From Archaeoglobus fulgidus DSM 4304 (lineage in GTDB: Archaea > Halobacteriota > Archaeoglobi > Archaeoglobales > Archaeoglobaceae): a stretch of 32,000 nt of DNA. Positions 24,176 through 30,921 of this stretch are shown one piece after another. Location of the stretch: assembly GCF_000008665.1 (NCBI RefSeq), contig NC_000917.1:840001-872000 (forward strand). Direction: 5' to 3'. Positions within the stretch are counted from its first letter, which is position 1, and the number at the start of each line of letters is the position of its first letter. The translations under genes and the position numbers were made by a program. The notes beneath the pieces are model-generated. The model was not told where the DNA came from, ran no database searches, and saw only the letters and a list, made by a program, of their open reading frames with translations.

Positions 24176-25360
24176 TCACGTCCTGTAGCTCTTCGGCATG
24201 CCGAGGATGTGCTCCGCTATGAAGTTCAGCGCCATCTGCTGCGTCACTGGAGCGAGGCGAATCAGATTGATTTCTCTCCACCACCTCTCCACGTCGTACT
24301 CTTTAGCGTAGCCGTAGCCGCCGAAGGTCTGCATTGCCCAGTAAACCGCCTTAATGCCAGCCTCAACAGCCACAGCTTTAGCCATGTTGGCAGCAGCCCC
24401 AACTTCTCTGTAGTGTGCCCCCTGATCAAAGAGAGTTGCTGCCTTGAAGTTCATCAGTTCCGCACATTCGAGGGTAGCGTAAGCCTCAGCTAAGGGGAAC
24501 TGCAGGCCCTGATAGCTCCCGATGGGGTCTGCAAAAACCTTGCGCTGCTTTGAATACTCAACAGCCTTGCTTATTGCCAATCTGCTGATGCCGATGGCAG
24601 CAGTTGTGAAGCTCATTCTTTCAGGGTTGAGTGTGTCGAGCAGGTGATACCACCCGCCATCGAGGGGCGGGATGAGGGCGTTTTCAGGCAGTCTCAAATT
24701 GTTGAAGCTCACCTCGCAGGTCTTTGAGTAGTTTATCCCGTGCTTTGGAATTGGGTTAACCTTAACTGCATCGTTGGGAAGATCAGCAAGGAAAAGGCTT
24801 ATGCCGTGAGTTTTCTTCTCAGCCTTCTCCCTCGGCGTCGTTCTGGCGATGATGAGCATTCCCTTCGCCCTGTCCGCCCCGCTGATGAAAATCTTGTTTC
24901 CGTTTATAACCCACTCGTCACCATCCTTCACGGCAGTGGTTCTTATTGCCAAAGTGTTTGTGCCCGCATCAGGCTCCGTTAAGGCCATGCAGAACTCCAT
25001 CTCCCCCTTGGCAATCTTCGGCAAATACTTCTCTTTGTGCTCCTCAGTTCCGTGTCTGACGATGGTAAGGGCACCAAAAACCTCCGTCAGAACCATGTAC
25101 CAGACTCCAGCCATCCCGCAGCCGTTGGCAGCGAGCTCTTCCATTGCAATGAGCAGCTCTGTCATCCCGTAGCCGCCACCACCGTATTCCTCTGGAATAA
25201 CAATGCCCATGAAGCCCGCATCGCTTATCGCCTTGAAAAACTCCTCCGCAAACTCACCATTCTCCTCCTTCTCCCTCCAGTACTCGGGCGGAAAGTCCTT
25301 TGCAATGTCTCTCGCAGCGTTTGCAATCATTCTCTGCTCTTCGCTAAGCTCAAAATTCAT
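24176..25360 (-). CDS. Acyl-CoA dehydrogenase
   Basis: ACAD N/M/C domain pattern is present ('FCMALTEPDAGTN', 'INGNKIFISGA', 'QTFGGYGYAKEYDVERWWRE'). GAGGTGA SD lies upstream. Confidence 0.9.
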   Translation of the reverse strand: MNFELSEEQRMIANAARDIAKDFPPEYWREKEENGEFAEEFFKAISDAGFMGIVIPEEYGGGGYGMTELLIAMEELAANGCGMAGVWYMVLTEVFGALTIVRHGTEEHKEKYLPKIAKGEMEFCMALTEPDAGTNTLAIRTTAVKDGDEWVINGNKIFISGADRAKGMLIIARTTPREKAEKKTHGISLFLADLPNDAVKVNPIPKHGINYSKTCEVSFNNLRLPENALIPPLDGGWYHLLDTLNPERMSFTTAAIGISRLAISKAVEYSKQRKVFADPIGSYQGLQFPLAEAYATLECAELMNFKAATLFDQGAHYREVGAAANMAKAVAVEAGIKAVYWAMQTFGGYGYAKEYDVERWWREINLIRLAPVTQQMALNFIAEHILGMPKSYRT

Positions 25361-25377
25361 AAAATCACCTCAAAAAA

Positions 25378-25848
25378 TTAAAGGGGCTTGAAGTAGAGGA
25401 TGTCGGTGATTTTGCCCTCTCTTTCCTCCTTTGGCTTCAGAACGGGCTTTACCTTCATCCCCACCTCAACCTGCTCTGGCTCCACCTCGCCGAGTAGGTG
25501 GATGAGACAACCATCAGTGCCGTCAATGTCAATTACAGCGTAAATCTCGGGCTTCTCAAGCGGGTTCTCGTAGGCGTCGAGCCTTGCAACGGTGAAGGCT
25601 CTCACACATCCCTCCCCACTAACCTCCACAAACTCAGTATCGCTGAAGTCCTTCTCGCAGTAGATGCGGGGCGGGAAGTAAACCTTTCCGCACTTTTTGC
25701 ACTTCGCTGCAATAAACTTCTCCTCATCCTTCAGTTTCTTGAAGAACTCGTCTCCCGCTTTGCCGCTTGTGTAAATCCAGTAAAGCTCTATTTTACCATC
25801 CCAGTGCCTCAACTCCTTGGGATTAACAATCTTCTCTATCATCTTCAC
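25378..25848 (-). CDS. DUF35 protein (Zn-ribbon + OB fold), copy 2
   Basis: 'CKKCGKVYFPPRIYCEKD' ribbon (Cys3 + Asp). OB-fold C-terminus 'GMKVKPVLKPKEEREGKITDILYFKPL'. GTG 25848 (GTGA overlap) or ATG 25842 could be the start. Confidence 0.8.
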   Translation of the reverse strand: MKMIEKIVNPKELRHWDGKIELYWIYTSGKAGDEFFKKLKDEEKFIAAKCKKCGKVYFPPRIYCEKDFSDTEFVEVSGEGCVRAFTVARLDAYENPLEKPEIYAVIDIDGTDGCLIHLLGEVEPEQVEVGMKVKPVLKPKEEREGKITDILYFKPL

Positions 25849-26375
25849 CCCTCCAACGGCTTCCAGTACTTAATGTCTGTAATCGCTCCCTCCCTCTCCT
25901 CTTCGCTCTTCCACACTGCTTTGACCTTCATTCCGATGTAAACGTCCTCAGGCTTCACTTCATCGAGAATGTGCATGATTCCCATGTGCGGTGAGGCTCC
26001 ATCTATGGAAATCACTGCAACAATAACCGGCTCAGGCAGTGGCCTCGCATCGGGGTCGATGTAGGATATAGAGAAGGTCTCAACCGTCCCCGTATCTTTA
26101 AGCTCAACCCATCCGTCGATGGGCTTGTAGCAGAGCTCACAGAACATTCTGGGTGGAACCATAACTCTACCGCACTTGTTGCACTTCACACCCAAAATTT
26201 TGCCCTCCTTCAGGCCGTTAAGAAACTTGCTTATCGCCTGTCCTGCAGTCCACGAGTAGCGGATGTCAGGGTGGTCCTCAACGTAGGTAACCCTCTTTTC
26301 CTTGATATCCGCATCGCTTAGCGGTGTGCCTTCAGCATAGGGAGGGCACTCAATATCCTTTTTGCCTACAGCCAT
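25845..26375 (-). CDS. DUF35 protein (Zn-ribbon + OB fold), copy 1
   Basis: 'CNKCGRVMVPPRMFCELC' (Cys4). C-terminus 'GMKVKAVWKSEEEREGAITDIKYWKPL'. Start set to ATG 26375 (MAVGKKD...), 4 nt after the upstream stop and behind GAGGTGA. The ORF-track start at 26414 would overlap by 35 nt. Confidence 0.8.
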   Translation of the reverse strand: MAVGKKDIECPPYAEGTPLSDADIKEKRVTYVEDHPDIRYSWTAGQAISKFLNGLKEGKILGVKCNKCGRVMVPPRMFCELCYKPIDGWVELKDTGTVETFSISYIDPDARPLPEPVIVAVISIDGASPHMGIMHILDEVKPEDVYIGMKVKAVWKSEEEREGAITDIKYWKPLEG

Positions 26376-26379
26376 CCTA

Positions 26380-27582
26380 TCACCTCTTGTTAGACATAAC
26401 CATAACAGTTCCAACCTGCATCAGGTCTCCCCATGCCTGACATACTCCTGTTGTGACTTCCTTCGCCACCTGTCTCTTTCCAGCCCTGTAGGCGAGCTGC
26501 CAGTAGATTTCGCACGCCTTAACACCCATTGTAGCTGCAATTGGATTTCCAACACCAAGCAGACCTCCTGACGGGCAGGTGGGCAAGTCACCGTCTCTCT
26601 GCGTAACTCCTTCCCTTGTCAGAATTGGAGCCTCACCTTTCTTCGCCAATCCCAATCCCTCCATGTGGTGCAGCTCCTTGTAGTCGAAGGGGTCGTAGGG
26701 TTCAGCAACGTCAATCTCCTTTCTTGGGTCAGTGATGTGGGCCATCCTGTAAGCCATCTTCGCAGCCTCAGCCACATAGCGCGGGAAGTAGAGGTCTCTG
26801 TTGGTCCACCAGGTCGTGTCGAGGGCCCAGCCAACTCCCGTCACCCAGACTGGGTTGTCGGTTAGCTGCCTCGCAATGTGCGGGGCGACCATTATCAGCG
26901 CTGCAGCTCCGTCTGATGGCGGTGAGACGTCGAGCCTTCTCACGGGCAATGCCATCGGCTCGCTGTTGAGAACATCCTCAACAGTAATCTTTTCCGCCAC
27001 CTGAGCACACGGATGATCCAAAGCATTTGCCTTGTTCTTGACAGAAACCAAAGCGATATCCTCGTGCTTTATGTTGTGGACGTGCATGTATCGGCGCATT
27101 TCGAGTGCGAAAATCCATATCAGGTTGGGGTTAAGCGGGCGGTCGAGGATGGGGTCCCAGATGTACTTGAAAGCCGACTGGGGATGGGGATGGACTGAAG
27201 ACATCTTCTCCTCGCAAACGACAAGGCAGACATCAGCTAAACCGCTTGCAACGTGCCAGTAGCCAGCGATTGGGGCAAAGACTCCAGTTCCACCACCGAC
27301 GAAAACTCTCATGTAAGGGCGGTTACTCCCACCAGAGCCGTCGAGCAGGTACTCTCCCTTCATGTGGAAGCCATCGAAGGCGTCTGGTGCAGAGCCCATC
27401 ACCACCATCTCAATGTCGTCAATCGTAAGGCCAGCCTCCTCTAAAGCCTGCTTTACAGCAAGGTAGCTCAGCTCTCTTCCCGTTTCATTGAGCCTCCTCT
27501 TGAAGGTGGTCATTCCCGCTCCTACAATGGCCACATCCTGCTTCTTGTGAAACTTCAAACCGCTTATCCTCTCAACTTCCAT
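26380..27582 (-). CDS. Thiolase-fold (SCP2-thiolase-like) protein B lacking canonical catalytic residues
   Basis: Motifs 'DVAIVGAGMTTF', 'LTDNPVWVTGVGW', 'CPSGGLLGVGNPIAATMG' and 'RAGKRQV'. Start set to ATG 27582 (MEVERISG...), behind the GGTGGTG SD. The track start at 27603 is a TTG. Confidence 0.85.
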   Translation of the reverse strand: MEVERISGLKFHKKQDVAIVGAGMTTFKRRLNETGRELSYLAVKQALEEAGLTIDDIEMVVMGSAPDAFDGFHMKGEYLLDGSGGSNRPYMRVFVGGGTGVFAPIAGYWHVASGLADVCLVVCEEKMSSVHPHPQSAFKYIWDPILDRPLNPNLIWIFALEMRRYMHVHNIKHEDIALVSVKNKANALDHPCAQVAEKITVEDVLNSEPMALPVRRLDVSPPSDGAAALIMVAPHIARQLTDNPVWVTGVGWALDTTWWTNRDLYFPRYVAEAAKMAYRMAHITDPRKEIDVAEPYDPFDYKELHHMEGLGLAKKGEAPILTREGVTQRDGDLPTCPSGGLLGVGNPIAATMGVKACEIYWQLAYRAGKRQVAKEVTTGVCQAWGDLMQVGTVMVMSNKR

Positions 27583-27592
27583 AACCACCACC

Positions 27593-28759
27593 TTACACAC
27601 CAAAAACTGCTACAGCACCGCTGTGCGTCGGCAGGTAGCGCCATGCCTGAGCCACTCCAACCTCCACATCGCTAAGCTGCCTCTTGCCCGCTTCACCGCG
27701 AAGCTGCAGAACCACCTCTAAAGCTTTCTGCCCTCCTGTGCACTCCAGCAGATTGCCAACTCCCAGACTTCCTCCAGAAACGTTTACCGGCTTGGCACCA
27801 TCCCTGTCGAAGTAGCCCTCAGCCATAAGCCTTGCAACGTCGAATTTGCCAGCAAGCTGCAATGCTTCGATGTGCTGCATCTCCTTGAAGGCAAACCTGT
27901 CGTCAACCTCAGCAAAGTCCACCTCCTTGGCGGGATTGGCTATTCCCGCCATCTTGTAGGCCATCTTTGCTGCCTTGTAGGCATACATTGCAGAGAAGCT
28001 CGCAGTATCGTAGCCGTAGGTTTCGCTCCACCATCCAATTCCCTTAACCCAGACTGGGTTGTCTGTCAGCTTCCTCGCCACCTCATCGCTTGCAAGGACA
28101 AAGACAACACAGCCGTCAGCAAGAGGAGCTATTTCCATCTTTTTCATGGGGTCAAAGAGCTTAGGGCTCGCCATGACGTCGTCAAGAGTTACGTTTGCAG
28201 CGTAAGGGGCTGCAGGATTGAGCAGGGCGTTGTTCTTGTTCTTCACTACAACCCTTGCCACGTCTTCCTCGCTGAGACACCTCTCAGCCATGTACTGGAA
28301 CATTTCGAGAGCAGCGAGGTAATATGGATGGGCATTTCCAACGTTCCTCAGCCATATCGGGTCCATCGCAAACTTAACAACATTGCCAAATGTCTGAATG
28401 TCACTCGCCTTGCTGTGGGCTTCAACAACTGCGATGTCCGCCAGCCCACTGTTTATGTGCATGTATGCCGTCGCAACGCCATAGAGGAAGTCTGCCGTTA
28501 CGGTGCACGTCGGCTTCACCACCGCTCCGAGCTGGTCCGGGACGAACTCGTCGAAAATGGCAAAGCCCTCGTATATGTCCTCAGCACACGTTACAAAGCT
28601 GTCCACATCCCTGCGCGGATTTATGCCAGCATCGGTGTAGGCTCTGACCGCAGCCTCGTACATAATTTCTTTCCAGCTCAGGTCGGGCGTGGTGGAGTTG
28701 AAACCCGCATAACCAACTCCCACAACAGCTACCATTCCATCACCAATTATTCTTTGCAT
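27593..28759 (-). CDS. Thiolase-fold (SCP2-thiolase-like) protein A lacking canonical catalytic residues
   Basis: Motifs 'VAVVGVGYAGF', 'LTDNPVWVKGIGW', 'VNVSGGSLGVGNLLECTG' and 'QLRGEAGKRQ'. An alternative start at ATG 28735 (MVAVVGVG...) lies behind GGTGAT. Confidence 0.85.
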   Translation of the reverse strand: MQRIIGDGMVAVVGVGYAGFNSTTPDLSWKEIMYEAAVRAYTDAGINPRRDVDSFVTCAEDIYEGFAIFDEFVPDQLGAVVKPTCTVTADFLYGVATAYMHINSGLADIAVVEAHSKASDIQTFGNVVKFAMDPIWLRNVGNAHPYYLAALEMFQYMAERCLSEEDVARVVVKNKNNALLNPAAPYAANVTLDDVMASPKLFDPMKKMEIAPLADGCVVFVLASDEVARKLTDNPVWVKGIGWWSETYGYDTASFSAMYAYKAAKMAYKMAGIANPAKEVDFAEVDDRFAFKEMQHIEALQLAGKFDVARLMAEGYFDRDGAKPVNVSGGSLGVGNLLECTGGQKALEVVLQLRGEAGKRQLSDVEVGVAQAWRYLPTHSGAVAVFGV

Positions 28760-28763
28760 TTCG

Positions 28764-28860
28764 TTAATACTTAAATTTTACGTAATGTGCCGATTTAAAA
28801 ATAGATAATCCGCCTGTACCGAATTTGTTCCAATTAATACTTGATATATTCAATTTTTAC
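28764..28860 (-). promoter_or_regulatory. A/T-rich promoter/operator region of the 11-gene operon with duplicated TTAATACTT...TTTTACG modules
   Basis: TTAATACTT occurs at 28764-28772 and 28834-28842. TTTTACG occurs at 28776-28782 and 28854-28860. The palindrome TTACGTAA lies at 28778-28785. A TATA-like TTTTTAAAT (minus strand) lies around 28793-28801. Confidence 0.35.
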
Positions 28861-28924
28861 GCGTTTAGATTTTTCATTTGCTCTCGTAATTAATTATTGA
28901 CATTAAAGCTAAATACAGTACGCT

Positions 28925-28962
28925 AAAAACAGCGTGTTAAAAACAAAAATATAAAAATAAAA
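28925..28962 (-). terminator. Run of oligo-T tracts (plus a small ACGCT/AGCGT hairpin) after the symporter gene
   Basis: The minus strand after stop 28965 reads AAATTTTTATTTTTATATTTTTGTTTTTAACACGCTGTTTTTAGCGT, containing five T5 tracts. Confidence 0.5.
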
Positions 28963-28964
28963 AT

Positions 28965-30560
28965 TTAAACCTCCTTGGTCAGCTCAACGCAGTACTTCTG
29001 TACAGCCTCCTCCTCAACGGGCTTGGTTATGAGAGACACGATGATGAACAGCAGGAAGCCCACTGGAATTGCCCAGACTTGGTGTGGCGTAATCAGGGCC
29101 TTTGCGTTGCCAAACAGCACGTCGTTGAGGAAGAAGAAGGCATGATGCCCGAGCACGAGCTTTGCCTTCAGCCATGCGTAGAGGTGCAGTGGGGTCATGA
29201 CTATTGCTGTTGTCCACATCGCCGCTCTCGTTGCCCTCTTCCACCACAGTCCCAGCACAAGTCCTGGACCGAGGGCGGAGATGATGACGACGAATGCCCA
29301 TCCTGACAGGTCAAGCACAAGTCCCGGCGGGTTGATGGCAACGAGGAATCCCACGATCAGGAATATTACTGAGATTATCCTGGCCAGAGTCACCGGCTTC
29401 TCCTTAGCAAACTTGCTCTTCAGAAGCATGTCTCCCCAGTCCCTTGTCAGAAGAGTGTTGACAACCATAACCCATCCTGCTGCAGTTGACATTGCAATTG
29501 CTAAACCGCCAGCACAGAGGATACCGAGAACCCATGGATTCTGTAAGGCCTCAACTGCTGCAATCATTGAGTAGTCAGTCCACCCTCCAACTCCATACTG
29601 GGCCATGTAGCTCTGAAGGATTTTGACCGCATTGGCTCCCTCTCCTCCCATCGGGCCTGTTTCAATCATAAGCTTTGAGGCAGCACCGATAATTTCCAGA
29701 GCCATGTAGAAAATGCCTGCAGCGAGAGTGCACCAGAAAATGCTTCTTCTTGCGGTCTTGATGTCCATGGTTGTGAAGAACCTCACGACGGTGTAGGGCA
29801 TCGTTGCGAATCCGTAGTGCCAGACGAAGAACCAGCCAATAACTGCAATCCACGTTCCGCTGAGGAGGTGGGGTGGCTCAGGGTCGCTCGGGGTGTTCCA
29901 GAACTTGGGATTGTTGGCCAAAACAGCCTCGTAAAATCCTCCAAGTCCTCCGAGCTTGATAACAATTACTGCAGCAGCAATAACTGCAGCAACAGTCATC
30001 AGGAACGCCTGGAAGGCAGCGTTCCAGCTCGTTGCTATCATTCCGCCCCACACAACGTAGAGCATCACTATAATCGTTCCAACTATCAGTCCAATGATGT
30101 AGGGCACTTTTGCGACAGCTAACAGGAAGAGGGCCATACCCACAAGCGAGAGCGTTATGTAGAGCACCGCACCAATCACTGTAACTATACCCACAAGCCA
30201 TCTGAGCCTCTGGTCGTTGTACCTGTCAGCGTAGTAGTCAGCAAAGCTTGTTGGTGCGTACTTTCTCAGTGCTGATGCTGTCAGCAGAGTTGCAATGGGC
30301 ATTCCAGCAATTATGGCCGACATCGCCCACCAGAAGGGGTAGCCGAGGATGAAGATGTATGCCGGTAGTCCGAGCATCGAAGCAGGGCTCAGGTAAGTAG
30401 ATTCCAGTGCAAGACCGTTAACAACAGCGCCAACCTGCCTTCCAGCAACGTAGTAGTCTGTAGCGCTCTTCAGCCTTTGCCTCGAATAGTATCCTATTAT
30501 AATTATGGCCAGGAAGTACAGCACTGTAATTCCTATGACCGGTGCCTCCACCTGAGCCAT
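28965..30560 (-). CDS. Sodium:solute symporter family permease (VC_2705/ActP-like large subunit)
   Basis: 531-aa polytopic protein with an SSF-like pattern ('YYVAGRQVG', 'GMIATSWNAAFQ'). TAATG overlap with the upstream DUF4212 gene. Confidence 0.88.
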   Translation of the reverse strand: MAQVEAPVIGITVLYFLAIIIIGYYSRQRLKSATDYYVAGRQVGAVVNGLALESTYLSPASMLGLPAYIFILGYPFWWAMSAIIAGMPIATLLTASALRKYAPTSFADYYADRYNDQRLRWLVGIVTVIGAVLYITLSLVGMALFLLAVAKVPYIIGLIVGTIIVMLYVVWGGMIATSWNAAFQAFLMTVAAVIAAAVIVIKLGGLGGFYEAVLANNPKFWNTPSDPEPPHLLSGTWIAVIGWFFVWHYGFATMPYTVVRFFTTMDIKTARRSIFWCTLAAGIFYMALEIIGAASKLMIETGPMGGEGANAVKILQSYMAQYGVGGWTDYSMIAAVEALQNPWVLGILCAGGLAIAMSTAAGWVMVVNTLLTRDWGDMLLKSKFAKEKPVTLARIISVIFLIVGFLVAINPPGLVLDLSGWAFVVIISALGPGLVLGLWWKRATRAAMWTTAIVMTPLHLYAWLKAKLVLGHHAFFFLNDVLFGNAKALITPHQVWAIPVGFLLFIIVSLITKPVEEEAVQKYCVELTKEV

Positions 30561-30820
30561 TACGAACCACCTCTCGCTTCTTCAGCCTTCTCCGGGAAGT
30601 AGAAGTATATTATCGACATGAACAGCGGTATCAAGAACGTCCCTAGGAACGACGCGTACCAGAAAGCTGCCGTCGGTATGTGGTTTATCCCTGCAGTCGC
30701 TTCCCCAATCCAGCAAAGTGCCACAAAGCCGTAGTACACTACCAAACCTACCCAAAACACTTTCGGCGGCCAAGGCATTTTCTCACCTACCTTCTCTATT
30801 GTTTGTGATAAATCCAACAT
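30560..30820 (-). CDS. DUF4212 small membrane protein (sodium:solute symporter small subunit)
   Basis: Two-TM, about 72-86 aa ORF immediately upstream of and overlapping the SSF permease, which is the signature gene pair. An alternative start at ATG 30778 (MPWPPKVFW...) lies behind AGGTGA. Confidence 0.75.
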   Translation of the reverse strand: MLDLSQTIEKVGEKMPWPPKVFWVGLVVYYGFVALCWIGEATAGINHIPTAAFWYASFLGTFLIPLFMSIIYFYFPEKAEEARGGS

Positions 30821-30890
30821 ATTTAAATTTTTTCATTTATGAACACAACTAATGTTGATTGATATTTAAAATGAGTGTATCTGCAAAAGC

Positions 30891-30898
30891 TTTATATT
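30891..30898 (+). promoter_or_regulatory. Candidate TATA box for the DUF294 gene (leaderless-type spacing)
   Basis: TTTATATT is centred about 27 nt upstream of ATG 30922. No SD is visible. Confidence 0.4.
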
Positions 30899-30921
30899 GC
30901 CAGATTTGTTAATTATAAAAA

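Noticed and set aside
23626-24222. 198-aa plus-strand ORF, plus 24089-24493 and 25037-25391 (+)
   Set aside because: They are antisense to the enoyl-CoA hydratase and acyl-CoA dehydrogenase genes. They have no recognisable motifs.
27872-28774. 300-aa plus-strand ORF
   Set aside because: It is antisense to thiolase-fold gene A. It is Cys/His/Arg-rich nonsense-like sequence with no promoter or SD.
28920-28935. ACGCT-N6-AGCGT hairpin as a bacterial-type intrinsic terminator
   Set aside because: The stem is only 5 bp. The surrounding five T5 tracts alone suffice as archaeal termination signals, so I folded it into the terminator feature rather than calling a structured element.
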